This document shows, one piece after another, positions 8,847 through 18,861 of a stretch of DNA of 64,000 bases. This stretch comes from Bryobacterales bacterium (lineage in GTDB: Bacteria > Acidobacteriota > Terriglobia > Bryobacterales > UBA6623). The stretch is taken from contig OY729427.2 of NCBI GenBank assembly GCA_963422375.2, positions 1,382,211 to 1,446,210 of the forward strand, given 5' to 3'. The notes beneath the pieces were generated by a model. The model searched no databases. It was given only the letters and a program-made list of their open reading frames with translations, and was not told the DNA's origin. The translations under genes and the position numbers were made by a program. The first letter of the stretch is position 1; every line of letters begins with the position of its first letter.

Positions 8847-9941
8847 ATGCATGGCTTTGTCACAGTGGCGGACTGGCGGGACGAAGCCGGTCTGAAGGCG
8901 GTCCCGGCCGCGCCGGGCGTCTTGCGGGTCGACTTCGCGGACGCCCCGCCGTATGTCGGGAAGACGGTGGACCTGCGTCGGCGGCTGACCCGGCTGCTCG
9001 CGCCGCGCCAAGGCGCGTCGGCGCGCCTGAACCTGCGGGACGCCGCCGACACGGTGCATTACCGGCGGACCGGCTCGCGCTTCGAATCGGATCTGGTGTT
9101 CTACCGCACCGTCAAGCGCTGCAGGCCGGAGGGGGGCCGCGACTTCCTCCGGCTGCGCGCCCCGGCCTTCGTGAAGATCCTGCTCGGCAATCGCTTCCCC
9201 CGAACCTGCGTGACGCAGCGCCTCGCCCGCAGCCGGGCGCTGTTCTACGGCCCGTTCCCGACCCGCAACGCAGCCGAGCAGTTCCACGAGGCCGTCCTCG
9301 ACCTCTTTCTCGTGCGGCGCTGCGTCGAGAAACTGGAACCCTCCACCGCCCATCCCGGCTGCATTTGGGGCGAGATGCGAATGTGCCTGCGACCCTGCCA
9401 GGACGCCTGCGACGCGGAGAGCTACGGCCGAGAGGTGGATCGCTTGGCAGTCTTCCTGTCCACGGACGGGGCCTCGCTGCTGGCCGATGCGGTGAGGGCC
9501 CGGGACCGCGCTAGCGCGTCGATGGATTTCGAGGCGGCGGCGCGCCACCACCGCACGGCGGCGAAGGCGAGGGAGGCGCTGCGGCTGCGCGGCGGGCTCT
9601 CGCGCGAGATCGGATCGCTCTGCGGCATGGTGCTGCAGCGGTCGGCCGAGCCGCGCTCGCTGGTGCTGACGCCGGTCTACAAGGGCTCGCTGCAGGCAGA
9701 GACCCGCCTCGGCTGGGACGGCGAGCCCCGGACCGCTGGGATCATGGCCGCGGTCAGGGCGGAGCTGGCCGGTCGCGAGTGGGCTGAACCGCGGCCCGAG
9801 GAGAAGGGGGAGCATCTGGCCCTGCTGCAGAGGTGGCACGGCAGCAGCTTCCGCAAGGGAGAATTCGTGCCGTTCGAGAGCTTTGAGGAAGCGCCGCTGA
9901 GGAAGCTCGCCAACGCGGCCGCGCGAGTCGCCGCGGGCTAG
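8847..9941 (+). CDS. UvrC-like half-size protein (GIY-YIG nuclease-like N-terminus plus UVR motif, Cho-like)
   Basis: PGVLRVDFADAPPYVGKTVDLRRRL resembles the UvrC GIY-YIG region, CIWGEMRMCLRPC resembles the UvrC Cys motif, and DFEAAARHHRTAAKAREAL resembles the UVR motif. The UvrC C-terminal endonuclease and HhH domains are absent (364 aa). Confidence 0.65.
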   Translation: MHGFVTVADWRDEAGLKAVPAAPGVLRVDFADAPPYVGKTVDLRRRLTRLLAPRQGASARLNLRDAADTVHYRRTGSRFESDLVFYRTVKRCRPEGGRDFLRLRAPAFVKILLGNRFPRTCVTQRLARSRALFYGPFPTRNAAEQFHEAVLDLFLVRRCVEKLEPSTAHPGCIWGEMRMCLRPCQDACDAESYGREVDRLAVFLSTDGASLLADAVRARDRASASMDFEAAARHHRTAAKAREALRLRGGLSREIGSLCGMVLQRSAEPRSLVLTPVYKGSLQAETRLGWDGEPRTAGIMAAVRAELAGREWAEPRPEEKGEHLALLQRWHGSSFRKGEFVPFESFEEAPLRKLANAAARVAAG

Positions 9942-10014
9942 CCCGCCTCAAGGGGCTGCCAAGCGCTCGCGGCACCGGGGGCGCTCGCCGGGAGGTCCTG
10001 TACAATGCCCGGCG

Positions 10015-12630
10015 ATGACTGGAATGCGCTGGGTCGCGGCGCTCGCGATCCCCTCCCTTGCGTTAGCGCTATGGATTTCGCTGGGGTCGGCGCAGGACTC
10101 GGGGCAGCGCGACTTCCTGGCGCCCGAGCTGCGTGCCCAAGTCAACGCGCTCAAGCGGGCAGCGGCCGCCGCACCGACCAACCCCGACAACCTCGCGACC
10201 CGCCTCGACACGCTCTGGCCGTGGATCAACGCCTACTCGCTGACAGGCGGGCCGATGCCCGTGAACGCCACTCTCCAAGTCGCCACGGCCTACCGCAGCC
10301 TCGAAGCTGCGCGCCTAGAGGGCCAGCGCCCGGCCCGGTCCGTCCTCGCCAGCGTCGACGGGCTGATTCACGAGTTCGGACTCAAGGACGACGCCCCCGG
10401 CACCTTGGGGCGCATCACGCTCGACACGGGGGGACCCGTCCACGCGGGGTCGTGGGCGACCATCGAGCAGACTTACACCGTCGGCCAGCACGCGCTCGGG
10501 CCCGAATCCCGGGTCATGGTCGCGCGGCAGCTCCAGGCCGACGGCGGGCGCCTGCAGCACCGGGATCCGGCGGCGGCCCACTACATCTCGGCGCGCGCAT
10601 CGAATCCCTCGGTCCGCCTTGCCAGGACCACCGTCCCGTGGTCGGGCATGCACGGGGGCTTCCGCTCGCCCGCCCAGATGCCGGCCTTCCAAGTGGAGCG
10701 GGGCACGCTCCAGCCGGGAGACACGCTCACGCTCGTGTACGGCGACCGCGGCGGCGGCTCCAAGGGCTGGCTTCAGCAGACCTTCGCCACCGACCAGGCG
10801 ATGCTGCCCATCTACATCGACCTCGACGGATCCGGGCACTTCCTCACCCCCCGCTGGCCTTCGTACGAAGTCGCGGGGAATGCCGCGGCGGGCGTGACGG
10901 CGGTGGCGCCGTCCGTGATCCGGCCGGGCGAGCCGTTCGACCTCTCCGTCCGCTGGGAGGATTCGGCGGGCAACCGCGCCACCGGCGCCATGCCCGGCGC
11001 GTCGGTCTCGCTCGCAGGCAGGGAGGTCGCCTCGATTCCCGCGGACGGCGACGCGGTCAGCGTCATCAAGTCCCTGCGCCTGGACGAGGAAGGGGTCTAC
11101 CGCTACCGCGTGGCGAGCCCGGACGGTAGGCTGGAGACCGCCAGCAACCCGGTCTGGGTCCGCCGGGACCCGCCCTACCGACTCTACTGGGGCGAGACCC
11201 ACACGCACACCGGGATGGCCGAGGGGCAGGGATCGATCGGCCGGTCGTACCGCTTCGCGCGGGAGGACGCGCGCCTCGACTTCATGGGGCTCTCCGAGCA
11301 CGACATCTGGCTCGACGACGCCGAGTGGCAGGCGATGGGCCGCGCTGCCAGATCGAACACCGAGCCCGGCAAGTTCGTCGCCTACCTGGGCTACGAATGG
11401 ACGCTGCGGCGCCAATGGGGAGGGCACCACAACGTCTTTTTCCGGTCGCCCGATGCGGCGCGCGTCGGAGCGCAGCAAGCTCCCACCCTAACCGGGCTGT
11501 ACGAGGGCCTGCGGGCCCGGTACGGGACCGAGGACGTGCTGATCATCCCGCACGCCCATCAAGCGGGCGACTGGCGCACCAACGACCCGGAAATGGAAAC
11601 GATGATCGAGATCATGTCCATGCACGGGACCTTCGAGTGGTTCGGCAACTACTACCTGCGCCAAGGCCACCAAGTGGGCTTCCTAGCCGCCTCCGACGAC
11701 CACCGCTCGCGGCCGGGCTACAGCTGGACCTCGAGCCGCCAGCCGAACTCCTCCCTCAGCCAGTTCGGCGGCCTCGCGGCCGTGCAAGCCCCCGAGAAGA
11801 CGGCGGACGCGATCTTCGACGCGCTCAAGCGCAGGCATGCGTACGCGGTCACTGACGCGCAGCGCATCATCCTCGACGTGCAGATGAACGGTTCCGGGAT
11901 GGGCAACCGGATCGCCTTCAGCGACAAGCGCCGGCTGACCGCGAAGGTCATCGGCACAGCTCCGATCCTCAGGCTGGCGGTGGTCAAGAATGGCGAGACG
12001 GTCTATTCCAAGCGCCCGCTGCAAGCGCCGCTCGGCAAGTCGGCCACGCTGGTCGTAGGATTCGAGTCCTCGTCCGAGCCGTTCTTCCGCGACAATCCGC
12101 GCGGGTACAGGCCGTGGGAGGGCACGCTGAGGGTCGAGGGGGCGAAGCTGGCCGGCATGCGCGCCCTGCACCTCGACAACAAGCACAAGGAATGGGCTAG
12201 GATCGAGGGCGCGAGCGGCAACGAGATGCGCTTCAGCACCGGGACGCGCGGGCAGGCCGACACGCTCCTGCTGGAACTCGAGGACGCGTCGCCGTCCACG
12301 GCGCTGACGTTCGAGATCGACGCGGGCCGCGAGTGGGGCAAGTCCCCCGTCCCGGTGCGCGAGCCGCGCCGGATCGAGGCGAAGCGCTTCCGGATCGCCT
12401 TAGGCGAGCTCTCGCACGGCTTCGCCCGCAAGGACCTGTCCGACTCGATCGACCGCGACGCGGTCACTCTGGAGCTGGTCGGCGGCGCGATGGATATGGA
12501 AGCCGAGATCGAATTCGCCGACACCGGGGACATGCGGCCGGGAGACTACTACTACGTACGCGCTGAGCAGCTGGACGGCGCGCGAGCGTACTCGTCGGCG
12601 GTGTGGGTCGGGGGCGAGCCGCGCCGGTGA
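10015..12630 (+). CDS. Secreted DUF3604-domain (PHP-like metal-dependent) protein
   Basis: 871 aa with a signal peptide. The DUF3604/PHP-like core reads YWGETHTHTGMAEG...DFMGLSEHD...AYLGYEWT...GHHNVFF...IIPHAH. Confidence 0.8.
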   Translation: MTGMRWVAALAIPSLALALWISLGSAQDSGQRDFLAPELRAQVNALKRAAAAAPTNPDNLATRLDTLWPWINAYSLTGGPMPVNATLQVATAYRSLEAARLEGQRPARSVLASVDGLIHEFGLKDDAPGTLGRITLDTGGPVHAGSWATIEQTYTVGQHALGPESRVMVARQLQADGGRLQHRDPAAAHYISARASNPSVRLARTTVPWSGMHGGFRSPAQMPAFQVERGTLQPGDTLTLVYGDRGGGSKGWLQQTFATDQAMLPIYIDLDGSGHFLTPRWPSYEVAGNAAAGVTAVAPSVIRPGEPFDLSVRWEDSAGNRATGAMPGASVSLAGREVASIPADGDAVSVIKSLRLDEEGVYRYRVASPDGRLETASNPVWVRRDPPYRLYWGETHTHTGMAEGQGSIGRSYRFAREDARLDFMGLSEHDIWLDDAEWQAMGRAARSNTEPGKFVAYLGYEWTLRRQWGGHHNVFFRSPDAARVGAQQAPTLTGLYEGLRARYGTEDVLIIPHAHQAGDWRTNDPEMETMIEIMSMHGTFEWFGNYYLRQGHQVGFLAASDDHRSRPGYSWTSSRQPNSSLSQFGGLAAVQAPEKTADAIFDALKRRHAYAVTDAQRIILDVQMNGSGMGNRIAFSDKRRLTAKVIGTAPILRLAVVKNGETVYSKRPLQAPLGKSATLVVGFESSSEPFFRDNPRGYRPWEGTLRVEGAKLAGMRALHLDNKHKEWARIEGASGNEMRFSTGTRGQADTLLLELEDASPSTALTFEIDAGREWGKSPVPVREPRRIEAKRFRIALGELSHGFARKDLSDSIDRDAVTLELVGGAMDMEAEIEFADTGDMRPGDYYYVRAEQLDGARAYSSAVWVGGEPRR

Positions 12631-12655
12631 CCGCGGCCGGATTCCGGACGAGGCG

Positions 12656-13504
12656 ATGCTGGTCATCGACACGCATGCCCACCTGTTCTCGCAGGACGAG
12701 GAGACCTACCCGCCGCGGAGGGACGCTTCCGCGCCGCCGCCGGGAACGGGCACCCTGCAGCGACTCGCCGAGGAGGTCGGGCGCCACGAGGTGCGGGCCG
12801 TCACAGCCGTGCAGGTCAGCGGATTCTACGGTTTCGACAACCGCTACCTGCGAGCGGTCGCGCTGCAGAATCCCCACTGGATCGCCGGCATCCTGACGCT
12901 CGACCCGCTCGACGAGGGGGCTCCGGCGTCGCTTGGGCGGCTCGCGCGCGAGGGCAGCATGCGGGGACTGCGCAGCGTCCCGGCCCCCGGAAGCGGCTTC
13001 GGCCACGACGGCGTCCGGTCCCTGTGGCGCGCGGCCGCGGACGAGGGCGTGCCAGTCAACGTGCTCGCGCAGTACCGGCACGAGGAGCAGCTGGACCGGC
13101 TACTGGGAGCGTTTCCAGGCCTACCGGTGGCTCTCGACCACAGCCTCGGGCTGCAAGCGGGCGAACGGGCCGGCAGGACGCTGGCAGCGCTGGAGCGACT
13201 CGCTCGCCACCGGCACGTCTACGCGAAGCTGTCGTTCCTAGCCAACGGCGACCAAGGCTGCGCCGACGGCTTTCCCTGCGAGTCGATGCACGGTGCCGCC
13301 CTCCGGGTGATCGAGCTGTTCGGCCCGGAACGCTGCGCGTGGGGATCCCATTTCCCCACGGAGAAGTACGCGCGGCCCCTAACGTACGGCGAGCACCTCG
13401 ACGTGTTCCTGCGCCGGCTGCCGTTGGCCCGCCGCGCCCGGCGGCAGGTTCTCGGGGAGACCGCCCGCCGGCTGTGGTTCCCGGAAATGGATCGCCGCCC
13501 CTGA
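12656..13504 (+). CDS. Amidohydrolase-2 family protein (TIM-barrel metal hydrolase)
   Basis: N-terminal VIDTHAHLF motif and an LDH motif, 282 aa. Confidence 0.85.
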   Translation: MLVIDTHAHLFSQDEETYPPRRDASAPPPGTGTLQRLAEEVGRHEVRAVTAVQVSGFYGFDNRYLRAVALQNPHWIAGILTLDPLDEGAPASLGRLAREGSMRGLRSVPAPGSGFGHDGVRSLWRAAADEGVPVNVLAQYRHEEQLDRLLGAFPGLPVALDHSLGLQAGERAGRTLAALERLARHRHVYAKLSFLANGDQGCADGFPCESMHGAALRVIELFGPERCAWGSHFPTEKYARPLTYGEHLDVFLRRLPLARRARRQVLGETARRLWFPEMDRRP

Positions 13505-14440
13505 ATGGCTGCCGCGCCCTGCATCGCAGTGGTCGGGCCGACCGCCTCCGGCAAGAGCGAGCTGGCCTTGGAGCTGGCGGAACGGCTTGGCGGCGAGATC
13601 GTCAGCTTCGATTCCGTCCAGGCATACCGACACTTCGACATCGGCACGGCCAAGACCCAGCCCCCGGAGCGCCGCGGCATTCCGCACTACCTGCTGGATC
13701 ATGTCGAGCCGACCCGGCCATACTCCGCAGGGGAGTTCGCTCGCGACGCCCGGTCGGTGATGCGAGCGCTGCGCGAGCGCCGGGTCCTGCCCGTGCTCGC
13801 AGGCGGCACCGGCTTCTACCTGGAGGCCCTGCTGAACGGCCTCTTCCGCGAGCCGGATGGCAGCCCGGCCCTCCGCGAGCGTCTCCGCCTCAAGGCGGCG
13901 AGCCGCCCGAAGGGGTACATGTGGCGGGTGCTCGCAAAGCTAGACCGCAAGGCGGCTGAGGCGATCCACCCCAACGACACTCAGAAGCTCGTGCGGGCGG
14001 TCGAAGTGATCCTGGCCGGCAATCGGCCCCTCGCGCAGCAGTGGCGCGATTCCGGCGAGCCGCTGCGCGCTTTCCGAGTGCTGACGCTCGGCCTCACGCC
14101 GCCGCGCGAGGCGCTGCGCGAGAGGATCGAGCGCCGAGCGCGGGACATGTTCGCCCACGGGCTGGTCGACGAGGTCGAGAGCCTGCTCGGGCACGGAATC
14201 CCGCGGTCGGCGCAGCCGTTCGGCTCGCTCGGCTACGCGCAGTGCCTGGACTACCTGGATGGCAAGTACAGCCTCGAGGACGCCATCCAGTCCACCGTGG
14301 ACCAGACGAGACGCTACGCGAAGCGCCAGCTGACTTGGTTCCGCAACCGAGCGCCCGCGACCCTCTGGCTCGAGGCCTTCGGCGACACGGGGGACGCGGC
14401 TGACTGGGCGGAGCGCGAGTTCCGGGCATGGCAGTCGTAG
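13505..14440 (+). CDS. miaA: tRNA dimethylallyltransferase
   Basis: P-loop VVGPTASGKSELALELA, then DSVQAYRHFDIGTAK and the typical MiaA C-terminal RRYAKRQLTWFRN. Confidence 0.95.
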   Translation: MAAAPCIAVVGPTASGKSELALELAERLGGEIVSFDSVQAYRHFDIGTAKTQPPERRGIPHYLLDHVEPTRPYSAGEFARDARSVMRALRERRVLPVLAGGTGFYLEALLNGLFREPDGSPALRERLRLKAASRPKGYMWRVLAKLDRKAAEAIHPNDTQKLVRAVEVILAGNRPLAQQWRDSGEPLRAFRVLTLGLTPPREALRERIERRARDMFAHGLVDEVESLLGHGIPRSAQPFGSLGYAQCLDYLDGKYSLEDAIQSTVDQTRRYAKRQLTWFRNRAPATLWLEAFGDTGDAADWAEREFRAWQS

Positions 14441-14494
14441 GCTCTCGCACTGTTTCGCATTGCAACTCTCGGGCCATTCCTGCGGTAGGGGAGA

Positions 14495-15120
14495 ATGCTG
14501 TCGAAGCTCTACCGCATCCCGGGGGAAGGCCGCTTCGAGGGCGGGACGCATGCCGCAAGTCTCGCCGTCCGGAGGGACGGGCTGGACGCCGCGACCGCGG
14601 ACTACGACAACGACTGCGACACCGGTCACTGCGAGACCGCACTGGACGGGGACCGGCTGTTCCGGAACGGCGGCGACGGCGCTTGCGAGGACCTCACCGC
14701 GGCGACCGGCATCGACAAGGCCCGATTCGCCACGAGCCTCGCGTGGCTCGACTACGATGTCGACGCGCATCGCGACCTGTTGGCGGCGAACTGCGTCCAG
14801 TGGTGCATCGAGAGGGAGCTCCAGGGCTCGATGGACGGATCCAAACAGACGCATTGCACGCCGGAATCCTATCCGGGCCAGCCGTCCGCCCTGTACCGGA
14901 ATCGCGGGGACGGGACGATTGAGAGATGTCGGCGAGGCGGCCGGTGTCGCCGACCCCGCCGCGAAGGCGCCGGGCATCGCCGTCTTCGACTGCGATGCAG
15001 ACGGACCGCCGGACGGTCTTCCAAGCGAACTCGCCGCAGACCGGCGCGCCGCGCCGCACGGCCGCCAGCAGGATTCGGTCCGCCCGGGCGGTGGCCTCCG
15101 GCCGCATGGCGCACGTGCCA
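14495..15120 (+). pseudogene. Fragment of a CRTAC1/ASPIC-UnbV-type FG-GAP (VCBS) repeat protein, truncated at both ends and frameshifted
   Basis: Repeated LFRNGGDG / LYRNRGDGT motifs and DYDNDC/LDYDVD Ca-binding-like loops. The frame changes near 14925: ...GDGTIE in one frame continues as RDVGEAAGVADPAAKAPGIAVFDCDADG in another. Confidence 0.55.
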
Positions 15121-15233
15121 TAATCGGACTGTCGCGGCCGGACGGGACGGCAGGGCGATGCGCGGGGACGGCCGGCAAGCGCAGGCGCAGGCACTACGAG
15201 TCCTACAAGCTGGCATTCGGCTGCCCGGCGATC

Positions 15234-16172
15234 ATGGCCGACCCGCTGACGGCCTACTGCGGGGCCGACTGGGCGCGGCACCTGGATCGGTCGACGCTGA
15301 CTCCGGTGGCGACCGAGCACGTGGCCGCCGACCTGCGGCTGCGCCGCAACGACCTGATCTGGCGCGCGACCTGGCGCGGGCGGGCGCTGTACCTGTACCT
15401 GATGCTGGAGTTCCAGTCGAAGAGCGAGCGCCGCATGCCGCTGCGCGTCGCCGAATACGTGCTGCAGCTGTACAACTGGCTGCTGGCGAGCGGACAGGTG
15501 CGGGGGCGCGGGCTGCTGCCGCCGGTGCTGGCGACGGTGGTCTACAACGGCAAGAAGCCCTGGGCCGGGCCGCTGGAGATGGCGGGGCTGGGTTACAAGG
15601 TGCCGGAGGCGCTGAAGGCGTTCCAGCTGGCGGTGCGCTTCGCGCTGGTGGACGTGCGGCACTGGCGGGGCCCGGAACCCAAGGCGAGCGAGAACGGGGC
15701 TGCGCTGGTGTTCGAGCTCGACCGCTGCGAGACCTTGGAGCAGCTGGTGCTGGCGCTGGCGCACAAGGAGCGCTACCTGCGCAGCCGGGACGAGGCGGGG
15801 CCGAGGGAGAGCCTGGACGGCTGGGTGGAGGCGGAGATCTGGCCGCACCGCTTTCCGCAGGTGACACTGGACGACTTGGACGGACTGGCGGGAGAGGAGC
15901 AGGACACCGCGATGCTGCGAGATACGGTTGACAGGATAGCCCGGGAACTGGAAGCGAAAGGCCGCGTGGAGGGCCGCGTGGAAGGCCGCGTGGAAGGCCG
16001 CGTGGAGATGCTCGTGAGGCTGACCCGGGTGCGTTTCGGCGAGAGCTGTTCGCGCTCGCTCGCGGCGACGCTCCAGGGGGTTCGCGACAGCGCCGCTTTG
16101 GACGAGGTCGGGGTCTGGGTGTTGCAGAGCGAGAGCGGCGAGGCCCTGCTCGCCCGCTTCGGTCGCCACTGA
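15234..16172 (+). CDS. Rpn-family recombination-promoting nuclease / putative transposase (YhgA-like, PD-(D/E)xK)
   Basis: DLIWRATWRGRALYLYLMLEFQSKSERRMPLRVAEYVLQLY... matches the Rpn/YhgA core. The C-terminus has the characteristic (G-R-V-E)n repeat region. Confidence 0.8.
   Translation: MADPLTAYCGADWARHLDRSTLTPVATEHVAADLRLRRNDLIWRATWRGRALYLYLMLEFQSKSERRMPLRVAEYVLQLYNWLLASGQVRGRGLLPPVLATVVYNGKKPWAGPLEMAGLGYKVPEALKAFQLAVRFALVDVRHWRGPEPKASENGAALVFELDRCETLEQLVLALAHKERYLRSRDEAGPRESLDGWVEAEIWPHRFPQVTLDDLDGLAGEEQDTAMLRDTVDRIARELEAKGRVEGRVEGRVEGRVEMLVRLTRVRFGESCSRSLAATLQGVRDSAALDEVGVWVLQSESGEALLARFGRH
15960..16007 (+). repeat. Four tandem copies of the 12-bp unit GGCCGCGTGGA(G/A), encoding (GRVE)4 inside the Rpn gene
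   Basis: Read directly from the sequence. The repeat is in frame with the Rpn ORF. Confidence 0.9.
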
Positions 16173-16925
16173 GCGCGGGCAGGAGCCTTGCCGGCCCGGC
16201 CCGCGGGCGCTGTTCCGCGCCGACCGGCGCAGCGCAGGCGGGCGAGCCGGCTCTTGCTCGCAGGCACGTCCGCCTGCGGAGCGAGCCGGTGATGGCAGCC
16301 GGCGAGAGGCCGGGCTGGTCGGGCAGACCGGATCCATGGGGCCACGTGGCGGTCCCCGCTTCGCATTCGCGGGCCGGGGCGGTCGCTGTGAGTTCCGGCG
16401 AAGCAGATCGGTCCCGCACGCACCGGCGGAGTGCCGCGGTCGCAAGCGGAGCGAAGGCTCCTCCGCAGGGCGTCCGTCGTTCATGCTGCACCTCGCGGGA
16501 CGATCCAGCGCGCCCGCGCTCGGACTGCACGGCGGGAGCTGAGGCCCGGTCGCGCCTGCCTCCGCGCTTCCCGGCGGGTGGGCCGCGCAGTCTTCCGGTT
16601 GGTCTCTAGGAACCATCCCGGATCGGATTCGCAGCGAGCCTTCAGCGCTTCAAGGTCCGTCGCTTGATCGGGAGAGCGGGATCGCGAATGTCGCCTTCGC
16701 CAACGGGCGCCCTGCATGTCGCCCGGACTCGCTCACCTAGGGAATGAAGGCCTTCCGGATAGCAATCGAGGCATTCACATCGCCCGATCAACTCCGAAGT
16801 GCGATACCCGCCGAGCCACAAGATGGAAGGGATGGGAGAGGGAGGGCAGCGACCTGTGGCGTCGCGACACTTGGCTGAGATGCAACGGGAGGAGGGGGAG
16901 CCCCATGCCCAGGAGCTGCGCGTAG

Positions 16926-17585
16926 GTGACGAAGGAGGAGCGCTTCCGGATCGAGACGCTGCGGGCCGCGGGCCTGGGAGCGGCCGCGATCGCCGGGCAG
17001 TCGGGCGACGATCTACCGGGAGTTGCGGCGCAACGGGCAGCAAGCGGGGGGCAGGCGCCTATCGACCTACAGCCTCGGAATTCCGAACGTCGGCAGTCTT
17101 AGGGTGTCCAAGACGCTCGCGTCGGAGCGGAGCGAGACGGTGTGGCCGGGGCGATGGGCTGGCCGCAGGGACTCGTGGGCGGTCTTGGAGCGGGCAGACG
17201 CGGACGCGTGGATCGGGGCCTTGATACCGGCACGTCCGAGCGGGAGACCGGTGTCGCCGGTGTCTGCGTCTGCGCGCCGACCGGCCGGGAGCGGTGCAGT
17301 CACCGCCGGGGAGGGCCGTCGTCGGCCGCGGGCCCGCGCGGATTGGCGCAGCAGGCTCACGGCGAGGGTGCCCGCGGCCGGGTCCGGGCGCAGGCCGGCC
17401 TCGCTGCGGAACGGCGCCTGCAGAAGCTCGCGGGCCGTCTCGGCCCGGCAGGCCGCCATGCGCACGGTCTCGAGCAGGTGGCGCAGCGGCGCGGGCAGGG
17501 CCGTCACGCGGTCCTCCGCGTCCAGCTCGCCCGCCAGGACGTGCTGCCGGCAGTGGCTCATGCCCCATGCCAGGCCCTCTTCGAG
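16926..17585 (+). pseudogene. IS30-family transposase remnant with an internal deletion and several frameshifts
   Basis: VTKEERFRIETLRAAGLGAAAIAGQSG resembles the IS30 HTH, followed after a frameshift by ATIYRELRRNG. Further on, ETVWPGRWAG...IGALIPARPS resembles PGHWEGDLI...IGTLVER. The remnant ends against the IS1595 left inverted repeat. Confidence 0.45.
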
Positions 17586-17785
17586 GGGAATTATATATCT
17601 GAGTGCCAAGGCAACCGATTTGGCAAATTATCAATCCATAAAATAATTTATATTTCTTCCGGATATCTGCTGATAATCGGTGGATTTTCTTGATGGAATA
17701 GTTCCAATATAGGAGGTCATAAATGAAGAAGAATTGTCCCAGTAAGTAGTTTCGTAATGGCATCACCTTGATTGAAGTTATCGCC

Positions 17786-18472
17786 ATGTTTCCCGATGAG
17801 AAATCCGCGGAAACATGGTTTGACTCCATGCGCTGGCCGGACGGTACAGTATGCCCCCGCTGTCGCGGCTCCAGCGTGCAGTCCAGCACGGCCTACCCCT
17901 CGATGCCGTACCGATGCCGCGACTGCGGCAAGCGCTTTTCCGTGCGCGCCGGCAGCATGATGGCCGACACCAAGCTCGGCTACCGCGTCCGGGCCGTCGC
18001 CATGTTCCTGCTGACCACCGGCCTCCAGGGCGTCTCCGGCATGAAGCTGCACCGCGACCCGGGCATCAGCCGGATGCCGGCCCGGCACCTGGCGCACCGC
18101 ATCCGCTCGTGCTGGGAGCGGGACCGGGGCCTGTTCGCCGGCCCGGTGGAAGTGGACGAGACCTGCGTCGGCGACAAGGAGCGCAACAAGCACGGGAGCA
18201 AGAAGGCCCGGGCCGGGCCCGACCAAGGGCGACCTGCAGGGCTTCATGCGCGGCCGGGTCGCCCCGGGCGCGCAAGTCCGTTCCGACGAGGCGGCGGCCT
18301 ACGCCGGCATGGCGGAGTGCCCGCACGAGGGCGTCTAGCACTCCGGCGACGAGTACGTGCGCGGGACGGCGCAACGCCCGCAACTGCGACACGGCGGAAC
18401 GGATGCGACGCATGGTCGGCCAGACGCTGACCTATCCGGCAACTGGTCGGCAAGGCCGCGGTCGCGGCCTGA
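17786..18472 (+). pseudogene. IS1595-family transposase, copy 1 (internal deletions and an in-frame TAG)
   Basis: N-terminal Zn-ribbon MRWPDGTVCPRCRGSS...YRCRDCGKRFSV and GYRVRAVAMFLLTTG are present. Relative to copy 2 it lacks about 50 nt and about 125 nt, and a Lys codon (AAG in copy 2) is TAG here. Confidence 0.75.
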
Positions 18473-18482
18473 GCACGGCCTA

Positions 18483-18575
18483 GCCGGTCCGCTGCGGCCT
18501 CTCTTCACGCTCGGTGCGAAGGGCGCTCCGGATCCGGAATCCCGCGCCGCGACCGGTGTCCAGCCCGGACAATTC
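18483..18575 (+). repeat. 93-nt block identical to 54249-54341, within the non-coding IS1595 tail
   Basis: Base-by-base comparison of the two copies. The flanking IS sequence is only about 90 percent identical by eye. Confidence 0.85.
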
Positions 18576-18861
18576 ATAGATGCAACCGCCTTGGAAGGGG
18601 AGCCTCTCCTCGGCAACCCGGGTTCCACCGGGGCATGCGAGGCGGCCTCACTAGTCCGTGCGCCGCCAAATCCGCTTGCAGGAGCGATTCAGCTACGAAC
18701 CGACCTGTCGGTGCCCACCTCGGCCGCACACGAATGACCCGAGCTAGACGCCGACTTCCCCAATCTGAGCGGTTCTAGCCGGATATGGCGTCGTCGGTAC
18801 TCCGATATATAATTCCCATTCTTTGGGGATAGTATGAGACGATAAAAGTTCAATTCATGAG

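Larger units (their letters stand above)
17586..18817 (+). mobile_element. IS1595-family insertion sequence, copy 1 (both terminal inverted repeats present, transposase dead)
   Basis: IRL GGGAATTATATATCTGAGTGCC lies at 17586-17607. IRR at 18796-18817 is GGTACTCCGATATATAATTCCC, the reverse complement of IRL with 2 mismatches. The interior holds a ~180-bp AT-rich leader, a transposase pseudogene and a 345-bp tail. Confidence 0.75.

Noticed and set aside
15960-16007. A 12-bp tandem repeat considered as a possible CRISPR or minisatellite.
   Set aside because: There are only four contiguous units with no spacers, in frame inside the Rpn ORF. They encode the (GRVE)n region typical of Rpn C-termini.
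14694-16616. Very long ORFs antisense to, or out of frame with, well-supported genes. Examples are 14694..16616(-), 7693..8775(-), 40729..41925(-), 43179..45152(+), 57803..59134(-) and the 1156-aa ORF 30913..34383(+).
   Set aside because: High G+C suppresses stop codons in non-coding frames. These translations are dominated by Arg, Ala, Gly and Pro, carry no family motifs, and overlap genes with strong motif support on the other strand or frame.
17067-17609. A 180-aa minus-strand ORF ending in the IS1595 left repeat, considered as a gene disrupted by the IS.
   Set aside because: I could not match it to any family. The plus strand of the same DNA reads, with frameshifts, as IS30-like transposase segments (PGRWAG..., IGALIPARPS..., ...QWLMPHA...). 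The minus ORF is therefore most likely an antisense artefact.
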